Shown here piece by piece: positions 24,933-36,905 of a DNA stretch of 64,000 bases (position 1 is the stretch's first letter; each line of letters starts with the position of its first letter). Origin of the DNA: Rhodosorus marinus CCMP1338. Its lineage: Eukaryota; Plantae; Rhodophyta. The stretch is taken from contig JAMWBK010000005.1 of the NCBI GenBank assembly GCA_029953675.1, positions 2,666,001 through 2,730,000 on the forward strand, in the 5' to 3' direction. A model generated the notes under the pieces. That model searched no databases. It worked only from the letters and a program-made list of their open reading frames with translations, and was not told where the DNA came from. Both the position numbers and the translations under genes were made by a program.

Positions 24933-25430
24933 TAGTGTCTGTGCAGTGACATCGCTGTACCACTGCCGGACGGGAGAGGTGGCGTCAAATACATTGGTTT
25001 ATTTGTGGATGAAGCTACCTGATGGTTCGGGGCATACGCCCTGGAGCACAAGAGTTTGGTCGACGAAGCTTTCCGCAAACATGTTATGCTACTACGAACG
25101 CAGCTACTACGCAGAGAAACCCGCGAAGCGGAGAAAGTGGACCAACTCAGCATCAAGTGACATCAATGCAGGAGAATAGAAGAAAAGGAGCGGTAGAAGT
25201 GTCACGTGCTACGGATGCGGTAAATATGGACACATCCGCGTGGATGTCGTGAAGAGCAGGGCAAGGGCAAGACTGAGGAGGAAACGCCAACGAGGAAGTT
25301 TCACGGGGGCCATGTTGCTCTCGAATCAAGGGAACATCAACTGGACCAGTCTATGTATGGACCTGGAAGGATTGTACAAAACAAGGCAATCCAGAAGCGT
25401 GAAGTCCGAGAAGCTTGAGAAACCCGATAA
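24933..25430 (+). mobile_element. Plus-strand (inverted) Copia fragments: integrase N-half, Gag zinc-knuckle, Gag segment
   Basis: The plus strand reads CLCSDIAVPLPDGRGGVKYIGLFVDEAT*WFGAYALEHKSLVDEAFRK (rve core, from 24936), then CYGCGKYGHIRVD (knuckle, from 25207), then 25330-25428, a diverged copy of minus-strand 25583-25690. Confidence 0.85.
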
Positions 25431-26427
25431 GGCAGAGAAAAGCGCCCTGCTTCTCCGGACATCCACGCGGATGTGTGTTTACGGCATCCGGAGCATATGA
25501 GCACCTCTACGAAACTTTTTCTTTTATTCTTCTCGCATCGTTGTCACGTGATGCTGAGTTGCGTCCACTTTCTCCTCCTTCTGGGGTTTCTCAAGCTTCT
25601 CGGACTTCACGCTTCTGCACGCTTCTGGATTGCCTCGTCTTGTACAATCCTTCCAGGCCCCTTCATAGGCTGGTCCAGTTGATGTTCCTGTCCTTGTACG
25701 AGCAGTAGTATTCCTCCTGCTCTTCCAACTCTTCCGAAGTACGGGTAGCACTGCCCAAACCTCGTGTGGGGCTCCCTCCTTAGATGAGGATAGCGTTATA
25801 TCCAATGCTGGTCCTTCCAGCACCTGCGAGAATACCGCTGAGACGATACGTGTCGGCGTCTTTGGCGTGTCCAGGTTGTCAATCACCTCCCTGAGACCTT
25901 TCAAATCGAGAAAAGTCTCGACCCGGAAGCGTCAGTGCCTAAGGGAAAGTTACAACTCCTTCTCTCCTCTGAACACAGAGGGCAGCTTGAAGACTATCAG
26001 TCGGCCGTCCGCGTCCGAGGAACTCCCCCACGTCCAAACAACCATATCGCCTTCCCGTCCATTGTCCCACACTCTGGACTTTTTATAAGTCAATTTATCT
26101 AATTTTTCCAGATATAAAACATATATAGTCTATAAATCATTAAATATGAATAAATATACTCCTAAATAAAAGATCATATCTTTTCCGAACCAAATTTGCA
26201 CTTTTTATGTCCATGGGTCGACTAATTTGTGACTTCCTATCTTTAATTTAAAATGAATTGATGCTAGAATATTCTTTAAATAGGAATGCAAAAGAGTTGT
26301 GTGGAGAGGCCGAACTGGATGGGAGGAAGAGGATGATCGACTATGACCGTTTGGGGTATTTTCTAAGGAGCGTTTACTTCATTATTCGAGAAACAAAAGG
26401 GGAAGTAGGGTACTAGAATCGTTTAAG

Positions 26428-28802
26428 ATGGATGAACCTCGACTTGGGACCGTTGAATCGATTCCGATCTTCAGGCCCGACGTTGGAGAAGGTGAAGACG
26501 ACCTGCTTGTATTTGTACAAGAGAATGAGCGGGAGTTGAACGAGTTTGGTGGGATAAGGATAGACCCTCCATCGTCTTGGAATCTTCCACAGGTAAATCT
26601 TCACGAGCCTCCTCGGGGTGACAACGTCAAGATCAATGCCAAGGGGTTCACGCCGTTCTCGCCGCGAGCTGAGGAAAACGGGACTCAGGATCAGGGCAAA
26701 AGAAATCGGACTGCTCAGAAACGATTAAGAATACCTGTGCGAGATTTTCGAATAATGGATGTGCTTAAAAGGAATGAGCTGCTTTCGAAGAGCCGAAGTT
26801 TGTCGTCGGTCTACCCTCCGCTTGCATCACACGCTGATCTGGAGGCACTATATTGGGAGCTTAACGCTCAAAATAATTCTGAAACTAACAACGCAATGAT
26901 GTGTACATACTACGCTAATGAACCAACGAAGAAACACTACGTGCAGAGCAACCCAGAAACCACTGCTCGAAACAACTGGCACTGCGGAACCATCTGGAAT
27001 CATCCGCTTTCCCCTCTGCGCTCCGTCACAAAACCCTCCCCAAAGCAGGAGATATCTTTTTCACAGTTTTCGAATAGAAAAAACTGGACAAAAAGTCCAT
27101 ATGATCGAAACACGCTCATATTCAACCACTTCGGCTGCAGAAAAGCCATCTACGTGCTTCCTCCTTCTGACTCTGATGCCTTCGAGAGGTAAGCTCTGAG
27201 AATATACTGAAAACGACGCCGGCCTGATCTTCTTTAATCCCAATTGCTGACCGTCGTTCCGGCTGTTGCATTGCGTCTGCGAAAAGGCTATGCGAGGACA
27301 AGGGCATTTCGCCATCAAGCGATCAAGCCGCAGCGATCTCTCCACCCGACCTGATCCGAAGATATGGGTTTAAAAACCTGCGAAAGTCACTCTTGAAGCC
27401 ACAAAGTTACTTGGTCGTCGCTGCTGGTAGCTACTGCCTCAACGTGGATTTGGGCTTCAATGTTCATGAAACTGCTACCTTTTCGATTCCGTCTTGGTAA
27501 GGCTCCAATAGCCTCCGCGTCGGTTTTGAGACAGGATCGGGTGTCTTCTAGTGGCTCACCTTTGCTGATGCTTTAAGAAATCAGTCTCAATGGTTTCAAA
27601 GCTCACTTCACCCTCAATTATGCCGCGTCCTGAGCGGGAAGAAGATCACTTAATCGGTGCTTGAACTCAACGTGGATGCTGACGATCTGAATTCTACTGT
27701 ATGTTTCTCCGCAGGTTGGTTGGAGTGGATGGATCTCTGAAGAAGAAACTTCCTTATGAATTCATGTTACATCAATCCATCCTTGAGCATGGAAAGAGGA
27801 ATAGAGGATACGAGTCAAAGATAAGTAAACCGCTAGTGGAGTCTGGAAGAAGAGTATTCAAACAACATGAGGTGAGTGCTTTCGTCTATCTCTTCCTTGA
27901 TGAGTCCTGCAGTGTTCACCGTCCCGGCCAGGATTATAGAAGACTGAGAGACGAGGAATTCCCCTCTGGTTGTATAGGAGCTCATCACATCGGCTAGGAA
28001 GCGAGGTGTTCCGTGTACGTCCTTGGAGGATGCGGGTCCGGACGTCAAGTCCGCGATCTCTGCGAGCCGAAAGTTATTCGAAGGCGTTGGAGAGGATCTG
28101 ACGGAACCCTTGGATCCTCGATGCTCGATTTGTGGATACTGGCCCCACTACTCGTTCTTAGCAAGACTAAGCGCCGGTTCTTCTAAAGTTTTCTGCAGCG
28201 AGCACGGTCTCGAGCAGCTCCTTGAGTCTGGCACAGATATCTCTGGGCTTGTAGTTATTTACGCGCATCCTGCGAGGGAGTTGATGAGAATTCTGAAAGA
28301 GGTTTGTACCATTCTGAGCTGGCAGGTCTCAACTCATGAACCCTACGGTCGAGTTTTGACTGTCTCGCATTTGCAGGCTTTAGGGCAGGACGCCGATGGG
28401 ATGATGACCAGCTCAATTCTAGAACCGACCGAGGACGGAGAAGTTGACAGCGGTACAGAATCGGTTCCGGCACCGAAAAAGCGGAAAATGCCATCTGTCG
28501 AGAGCACGAGCAAAGCAGCGCGTGCAAAGAAAGACGTTGAAGACCCGCTCTTAAGGGAAGATGGCGAGGTGCCCGCCGAGACGGAAAAGGTCGAGCCGGT
28601 CAAGAACGGAATTGTACAGAGCAGAAGCAAGCCGTTATCTGATGCGGCACGGAGAAGCTCGAAGGTGGAGAATAAGACTACATCTGCGTCGATGAATTCT
28701 GCGAAAAACGCAATGCAGAGGATGTGGCAAATGCGCCAGCAAAAGTCACGGACGAAACGGGCCAACCCTGATTCGCAACCTGTGCCGAAGGACGGCGATT
28801 AA
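26428..28802 (+). CDS. JmjN-JmjC-zf-C5HC2 (KDM5/JARID-family) protein, apparently catalytically dead (multi-exon)
   Basis: JmjN: IPIFRP...FGGIRIDPPSSW. JmjC: LEALYW, NHFGCRKAIYVLPP, AISPPDLIRRYG, LKPQSYLVVAAGSYCLNVDLGFNVHETATF. Zinc finger: CSICGYWPHYSF...VFCSEH. The C-terminal tail is basic and low-complexity. Confidence 0.85.
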
Positions 28803-29558
28803 AATACGGCGTTACAGACGAGGCACTATTTAGACAATAAGAGGGTAAGCTTGTTGCTACCACAAGATCATCTCGTGAAGCGGAGTACTTCCTCACTCCT
28901 AAACTAAGCGCGTGTCGTTAGTACCGGACAGATCTGGAACGATTAGGAATGTTTCCAGTGAGTTATTTAAAAAAAGTGGAGAATACTGTGAGTACGTTAA
29001 CTAGCACAATGGGGCGTATTCAGACAGTTTCAGCAGTGAGCATCTAGATACTTCAGAAAAGGCCGAATTTTATTCCCTGTGATTGTTACGCGGCTCGAAA
29101 ACGAGCGCAGCCAAGCAAAGAAACGAAGTTATGAGATGGCTAAGCTACTTGTCCCTAGGCCGATAATACAACACCAGCGCGAGAAGACATCCTCACGGCG
29201 GAATGCTCTTCGCGCACCTCCCCCAATCTCATGGTGAGAACTCGCGTACAGTGGAGCGACTTTAATCGGTGATCCACCCACGCTGCTTCGAGTTCCTAAG
29301 CCGGTATGGCGAAATGGCGTTTCCTGTGAAGCAAATTCCAGCTGCGGAGCGCCCGCCGGGGCAACTGCCTGCGCTACGCGAAGCCCAAGGATTTGATAGG
29401 GGCACCATTGAAAACTGGAAAAGACAAGCAGCAGGCGCAGCTGAGCTGCCTACAAAGAGTTGTGTCCGGATTCAGCACTTGATTAGCTGGCAAACGGGCG
29501 AATGCTTTTCGGCCGAAACGCCAGGAAATAGTTCATTATTTCGCACAATCCGATCGCC

Positions 29559-32500
29559 TCACACGTCGACGCCGTGTACTCGTATACGATAAAGACAAGT
29601 GAAATCGCCGCCGTGGTTGTCCATGATCTGCACTCGAATGGCCCTCGACGGCAGGAGTACCTTCAGTTCATCCGGAACCTCAAAATATTGCATATGGGAA
29701 TCCAATTCACTGATTGAATACTCTATTTCGCCGAAGAAGTACTCGATCGCATCCGTGGAATCGTTCAACCTCGCCCGATCAGCGGGATACCCATAGATTC
29801 GAATTGATCGCGGCGCAGACGCGAGGCTGAAGGCGACTGACCTGTGAGCATGCTCCACGGTGAAAGCGTCTACAATAGCTGGTCTGGCAAGGTGTATCGT
29901 GATGTTGCTCGCTTGTCCTTGAAATCCCCAACACTTTCCAAGAGCAATGTCCGGCTGAGGCAAGAAGCAGGTCGGGGTTATCAACTTGCCACGTGGGAGA
30001 GCTAGGAACTAAATCTAGGCGGAACCTTGTTTTTGCACTTACTGTTATCGCCATTGAAGGAGAGTTTGGGAGGCCCATAACAAAATCGGTTTTGTATCGT
30101 CCTAAAAGAGTCAAGGCTCTCTCCTTGAACGCGTTAACGTATTGGTAGGCGTATGATGGGCTGGTCCGGACGATGTAAGCGCCTGCTGATTGCAGCGCAA
30201 AGTCTGGACGTCCGCCCTTGTCGGCGATTACTCTCTCGAACACTTCTTGTCCCATTTCTTCGCGAGTAAGCTTTTGTCGAGGGCTAATCTTTGCATTAAT
30301 CTACGTAGTGCAAAGAAACTCCTGTTATTGGCTATCACACGTGTATCAGATCACTGCGAGTGTATTCGTCCTCGGAGCAAGAAGATACCTTCCTAATCTC
30401 GTCCTGAATAACTCGTATGACTTGATCCTCAATCTCGTCCAGAGAGAGGCTCTCCTTGAGCTCCTTGACAGCATTGTCCAACTCGCCTCGAGATACATAC
30501 CTAGGTCGAGACCGCGCTCTCCCCAGGGTTCTGACTAAGCCCTTCGATATGTCCTCCACACGCTTGATTTGCCTTTGCTGCCAGGAGCTGAGAATCCTCT
30601 GCACCGAGTACCTCACGCGCTTAAGTCCGTCTTCGGTACGCTGCTTCTTCGCAACATACTCCTCGACAACAGAATTCGAAGAAGCGCTGGTTTTTTTTCT
30701 GACTTTCGAGAGTTCTTCCTTAATCTAATACGTCAGGTACGAGCATGCGTTAGACATGATACAACTCTCCCCTTAGCGCGTAAAAGTGTTTGAGCAAAAA
30801 CCTAGCAGCCGAAGAAGATTCAATTTCGACTACAGTGACTAAAGCAATCACCCACCTCCTCCTCTTCTGCAGCGATGATTTCGGAGACTTTGTCACTGAT
30901 ACTCCTTATGGATTCAGAAACGTTCGCAGAAACTTTGTCCATCTCAGACACAATGAGCGCAGTAGCTTCTTGCACCTTATCCTTGGGCACGTCAAAAGCA
31001 GCAGTTACACCGCCCTTTAAATCTCTCAGAAACCCTAGTTGCTTTAGCTGTACATCTCCAGCGACCCTGAAGAATTCGCTCCGGACTCTGTCGATGGAGC
31101 TCGATGCTTTCTCGCTGCGCTCTCGCAAGTCCTGAAGGGCGGCTTCCTTCAACTGCGCCTGCTTTTCCCTGCCTTTCGTAATTGCGCTTTGAAGCTAGAA
31201 AAGCAAATCACATTGCTGTTAGTTTTTGTGAAGAAGCGTCACGTGAAGATCTTAAAAATACCTTCGCTTTTTCCTCCGAAATAAATTGCCGAATTTGTTC
31301 TTCTATATCTTGGTCACCTCTCAGGCTCTTCAAGTCTTCCAATGCGCGAGCAAACTCTTCCTTCGATACAAATCTGGATCGGTCCGTTACATGCCCAAAA
31401 ACTCTTGAGACCTTCTGACCAGCTCGTACTGTGTAGGTCGCGATAGATCCTCCTATGGCTCCGAAGTATTCGACAGGGTAGGACAGCACCTTCTGTTGCC
31501 ATCCCGTGAAAGCTTTCCCGTTGCTAGAGATCCATTCTCCCGCGCGGTTGATAGCTCCGGCCACAGTCTTGAACGCAGCAGATTCTGAGATCGAAGGCAG
31601 CTCCATCGGAATATATGGTAGTTTGAAGTTTAGGCTCCCCAGCACCTTTTTGAGAGGTTCGAGGACCTTCTGAGGAACACGTATACTGCGCAGAGCCGCC
31701 CCAGTCCGAGTCCAGGCTCTGAAGTCGACGGGAGTTTTAGTAATCGAAAGCGAGACCGGGAGGCCGTAGATACGAAAGCTGGGATGGCCTAGATCCTACC
31801 TGACTATTGGATCTTGGAATGACGACCTTGTCATTGATATTCGATCCCTGATGCTCATGGACTCTGCTGCCATGCGGGCGTGGGGAGCGAACAGAACGGC
31901 AATGAGCAGCGCACAGATAAGCATAATGCCCATAATGATTAGAGGGTGGTTTGATTCTGATGTTGCGAAGCTCTTCACACCAAGCCAAGACGATTCCAGC
32001 GGACCCTGCAAATAGAGGTTGATGCATGATCGTGAAAAGTATCAGGAATTGGTACGGGTAATTTTGGCAAAATCAAGACGGCAGGTTTCTAGTTTCACGT
32101 ACCCGCGATAGCCTTGGTCGTTGTGCGAGCTCGGAAATTGAGAGCCTTCTCCAATTCCTGATTTTCTGTGGTGTCTGTTTTAGCACTTCTCGGGAAGTCT
32201 CCAACGCAAATCGCACTGAAGTGCCAAGCGAGTTTCTTGCCTTTCGGACAATGGACACTGCAACCATTTCATCTCTTTCGTCGCCGAAGGCATCCTCATT
32301 TTCTTCGATTTCGTTTTCGACAACTTCAACCTCGTCCTCAATAAACTCTTCGTCATCTGCAATCACAAGAATAGGCGTGGCTAAGAGAGTGTTGTTCAAG
32401 TGATCACGGAGGTGATTATGGTTAAAGCTTACCTTCCGCGATCTTGATTGGGTTTGGAGGTTTTTCAGCAGCAGAACGCAAAACGAAATCAGCAATCAAC

Positions 32501-32870
32501 GAAGAAAACAGACGAAGAAATGCGCGGGGGGCGAAGATCTTCATCTTACCGGCTCTTCAGTTTGAGTACTTTCGTAGACATAAGCCCCTTTATACACAGA
32601 CAGATATTCGGCTTGATCTCCTCCAGAGGCTGCGGGTGCTCTTCCAGTTGACCCGGATCTGTTATGCAATCGGTGGAATTGCTCACTACGGTCAGTAAAA
32701 CAACCTCAGTCGAAAATCCAGACACCCAAATAAAAGCCGATTCAACAAAAGCAAATCATTCCCAACCCGAAAAAAAAGAAGAATCAGAAGCCCAGCAATA
32801 GGACGAACGCACAACCGCACACTTACCCACTTGTCGCAGGAGGTTTTCTTCCTGATCGCTTAGGACCCAT
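29559..32870 (-). CDS. SUN-domain (Sad1/UNC-84) inner nuclear membrane protein (multi-exon)
   Basis: C-terminal SUN domain PDFALQSAGA...GKCWGFQG...DAFTVEH...SAPR...DNHGGDFTCLYRIRVHG, preceded by coiled coils and a transmembrane segment (IIMGIMLICALLIAVLF). The basic N-terminus MGPKRSGRKPP starts at the ATG at 32870. Confidence 0.9.
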
Positions 32871-33561
32871 TGCAATCAAGCGAGCAAAGCCAGATCGCAG
32901 ACAAAGCAAACCTCGAAAACACCACGGAGCGGTTGGAAACCCCCCTCCCAACACACTCAAAAAAAATTCAGCGCAGAAACAGCCGCTTTCCCAACAATTT
33001 CCAAATCCAACCAAAATCTCACGCCCGTATCGGATGTACTCTTTCTTAACAATCCCAAACAGCTGCTCCCTCAAACAGGACCACCAACTTGCCCAAAAAG
33101 CAAAACGAAGTTTCCTCACTCTTTTCAAAACTCATTTTGCCCGGTACCTTCGAAAAACTGGTCGTCACATTGGGCAACAACATAAGGCCGATGATGATAC
33201 TTCAAACCCATCCGTGCAAAAAAAAAAATCGAAGATTTCTCTTAACTCTAATAAAACGCGTCTATTCATGAAGCAGTATCACCCCTAGGGTATTTCCGAA
33301 GAATTCGAGAAGACGTTTGTTAATAACCCCTGGATAAATAAATAAGAATTCCATAGTGTAGAATATATTTATATCATATGAAATAATTGAATCATTTATG
33401 TACCCCCTTTCTGGTTATGTTGTGCTGATGAGGAGATTGTACTGAATAGAGTACCCCCTTCAAATTTAGCATGAAACAAATCGTATCTGCTGGGTTTTTT
33501 TAACAGACTGTATTTTGTTTCTATAAAACAATATGTTTGCCTTGTTTGAGATGTCTAAAAT

Positions 33562-33574
33562 TTTTGCCGGGAAA
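33562..33574. promoter_or_regulatory. E2F-like element (TTTCCCGG on minus strand) within the 13-mer TTTTGCCGGGAAA
   Basis: The same 13-mer occurs at 39785-39797 upstream of RNR. It fits the plant E2F consensus WTTSSCSS. Confidence 0.3.
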
Positions 33575-34786
33575 ACGGTAAGTGTGAAAATCGATCAATT
33601 GTGGATGAGAGACCGGCGAGAAGAACGGCGAGCAGCAGGCTGCCAAGCGAGAGGGCTTGCAGTCCTGCGGATGTGACAGCCAGTGCCTGCTGAATGTACC
33701 CTCCATCATCTCTGTTAAGACGCAACCATGGTTGGGAGACTTTTTCTACCAAGTCGTCAACTTGTTGTTATTGCCCCGGGTCAACTTCAAACTGCGGTAC
33801 ATCGCGCTCCGGTTGCACGCTGGGCGATCTGTGGTTCTTCAGTGTTCCAGAGCTGAATGGAGGCAACGCAGTAGGCACGGCACGAGCGATGGGGGTGAAA
33901 ATTTAGGGGCTAGGTAGATGCGAGCAAGTTACGTCGACCAGCTCCTGAAGGGACTACTGGGCAAACCCTATCGGACGGCTGTTTCTCTGGAATTGATGAC
34001 CTCGGTGAAAATGTATCGACTGTTTGCTTGCCCGTCGAACCCTTCGTAGTTAATTTTCCCGGAACCAGGGCAGATTGTGCCGAGGAGGAATTTCAAAACC
34101 CAGTCACTTCTCACTGAAACAGTTCGACTGTCGAAGCAGCAAGTAGCCGACCTGCTGCGAAGCTTTGAGCGATGCAATCTGAATCTCAGCTTGAAAACAT
34201 GCCACCGTCGGTTGAACGGTGTTACAAAATCTGAATCAGTTGGCAATCACTTGACTATGGAGAGCACAAGATGGACAACGAACGTTGGAGATCGCCTTCC
34301 TCAGCTTCGAACTCGGTACTTCCTGCTGACCCTTGCCGAATGCCAAAATCCATCTAGCTTCTTCCATCCGACGTACGGCCCTGAATACAAAACACAATTC
34401 GCTCATTTCACTAGGAAAATCCTGGGTTGCCGACGCCACTTAAAAACGAATAAAATATGTTGGCCAAAATCCATTGACGAATGATACCCCGGATGAGTAC
34501 ATTGGCTAACACTATACGACGTGTCGAGCTGCGCGGATGACTTGCTGGGGAAGGGGGCGCTGAAGGGCGTCCTTCGCAGGATTACTTAGGCGATGGGATC
34601 GTTCTGTTTGAGACGCTGCTTTGGTTCATATTCTGAATACGTCCCTGCCTCTGATCTCGTCGCGTTTGCTTCTTAGTAGAAACACTACGTTGGGATGGGT
34701 TGCTGGCATACCTGAGATCAACAATCTGCTTTTCAACGTGGGTTTGGATGAAGGATGCCGTGAAAGGAGAAGGGTTTTTGTAACCA

Positions 34787-36775
34787 ATGGGAAGATCTAC
34801 TGAAAGCCTCAGTCGCTGGGAGGATGGAGAGGTTGAAGGCGAGCAATCTCTGGACGAACCCAGGAGTGCTCGCCCAAGGATTGCTATTATCGGCGCGGGA
34901 GTATCAGGGCTCGCAGCTGCGGAGGCTTTGGAGGAGACAGGAGTTTTCGATATCACACTGATAGAAGCGCGCAATCGTGTTGGGGGCAGAATCCAGACTG
35001 AAAGAGTGGGAAACGGATTTTACGATCTCGGTGGACAGGATTTTCTCGAAGAGGACGGAATAGACATCTCATTGTTGCAATATTGCGAGGATAAGGGTCT
35101 GAGTAGGTACGTATGAAAACGTATCTGTTTCCTTTGCATCCCCTGCTTGTGGATATCTGATTGCCATTCGAACGTGCCCCGCAGGGTTAAAAAGTCAGTG
35201 GTCGCGCAACTGTACAACAAGTACGGTCCTGTTCGCAGCGATTCCAAACGTGCTGGTCAGAGATGGTATCAGGAGCTGCATGCTGAGATACTGAGGAAAC
35301 AGATAGCGATCCAGGTTAGTGGCAGTCTACTTCGCGAGCAGCGTCGGATGCTAGTCGACAAGCACAGCTGATTGAATGGAGCACATGTGTAGAACTTTGA
35401 GGAACCTGACAAACCGCTAGACGCAGTGATAAACGAGTTTCTGGAGACTTCGTTATTGCCTTCCAGGGAAAGAAGAATGCTAGCCTGGTTCACAAAGATG
35501 ATGGAAACGCAGACACTGGGAGAAGCAAAGAACGTCTCCTCCAAGTATTGGGACTGGGCAATGATCCAGTCCGGCTTGAGCGAAAAATCTGGACTTCAGA
35601 ACTGTTTTGGAGATCTTGTCAACTGCTTGGCTATGAGGAAGAAGATCTTGATGGGTGTGAACGTGCAGGCAGTCACATATACAGGTGATGCAGGAGGTAG
35701 GCCAACTGGCCGAGAAATCGTTGTAGGTTGAAGATAGTCTAAAATCTGTTGCTCGGCTCTGCAGTGAAGATTGTTGCAGACGATAATATGGAGCTCTACG
35801 TGGATAGATGCATAGTTGCCGTTCCGGTCTCTGTTCTGGCAGCTGGAGATCTGAAGTTTTCGCCTCCACTCCCGGATCGGAAGATTTCTGCGATGAACGC
35901 GATTGGGACCTGCACTTTGAACAAGGTAATCGTTTCTTTGGGCGTTTGGCCTTTCTGCCATGATGCGTTTGACTCTCGGGAGGGGAGATGTAGATGTCAT
36001 TGGGGGCCGCTACCCGCTCTGCAAACCCCTTTCACCAGCATTTTTTTCTAAATTGTTGCATTCGACTTCCGTGTGAAGGTGTTTCTCGAGTTCTCCGAGA
36101 GATTTTGGTCAGAGGGAGACAGCCACTTCGCTTTCATCGACGGGGAGTTGATCAAAGGGATGGCCTCTACTTCACACCGCTTCTATTTGTTCGAGTCTCT
36201 CTGGGAGTCGACGCGGACCTCGTCTCTGTTGGCATACTCGTTTGGCGCTGACGCCGAAAGCCAGGAGCTGCTGTCGGATCAAGAGGTGCAAGTGATCGAG
36301 TAGACTTACTGCATGTGTGATGCCATTGAATAGTTCTTAACCAGACAAAGTCTTGTTTTCGTGTTATGAATATGGATGTTAGCTCGGAGACGCAGTTGTC
36401 AACGTACTGTCTAATATGTTCGCTAGGGAGCGAATCAAGGTCGTGAGGGTTAAAGCCTCTAAATGGAATTCCGACACTCTCGCCAGAGGCTCGTTTCCGT
36501 TCGTTCCCGTAAACGGGTCTCCAGAGGTAAGTTATTCCGGGCACCTTTAGATGGCTTAGCAGATAAGGTCGACCTCTAGGAGGGGGTTGACATTGTTTCT
36601 GTGCTTTTAATCGATTCTGTCTTACCAGGACTTCAATATCATGAGTGATCCGGTTGCAAAGAGAATCTTCTTCGCTGGAGACGGAACAACAACGCTATTT
36701 CCCGGTTCTGTTAGAGGCGCATTCGCTAGTGGGAAAAGGGAGGCCGAGAAAATCGTCGAATTGTACAATGGATAA
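34787..36775 (+). CDS. Flavin-containing amine oxidase (polyamine oxidase/LSD1-like fold, no SWIRM seen; multi-exon)
   Basis: Dinucleotide-binding RIAIIGAGVSGLAAA...EARNRVGGRI, FSPPLP, LNK|VFLEFSERFW, SKWNSD...RGSF and the terminal FFAGDGT...GSVRGAFASGKREA. Confidence 0.9.
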
Positions 36776-36905
36776 TTTTCCAAGCGTGGAGTTGGCTTAT
36801 AAATTTTCAAGCCTGGATTTCGCTGAGCAAAACGTACGGCAATAAATTTCTAATTTTTATTTTAACAAATTTTTCATACGGTTCACAGAGTATGACATAC
36901 TTTTC

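Larger units (their letters stand above)
23549..26030 (-). mobile_element. Decayed, internally deleted and rearranged Ty1/Copia LTR retrotransposon
   Basis: Gag-like RVETFLDLKGLREVI...HEVWAVL (about 25750-25930). Integrase GMAERLVRTVTERLRGTMFDSGLPDDFWPEA (24497-24850). RVT_2-type RT AEEIGSLRANQAWELV...ARGFAQ (23950-24250) fused to the RNase H tail EMIADIFIKAL. Stops and frameshifts are present, and no protease or 5' LTR was found. Confidence 0.9.

Noticed and set aside
25930-26100. Expected 5' LTR and primer-binding site of the Copia element
   Set aside because: No match to 23549-23802 and no TGGTATCAGAGC-type PBS was seen, so the element appears 5'-truncated.
29100-29592. Short plus-strand ORFs between the JmjC and SUN 3' ends
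   Set aside because: No motif or consistent exon chain, and the region is plausibly overlapping 3' UTRs.
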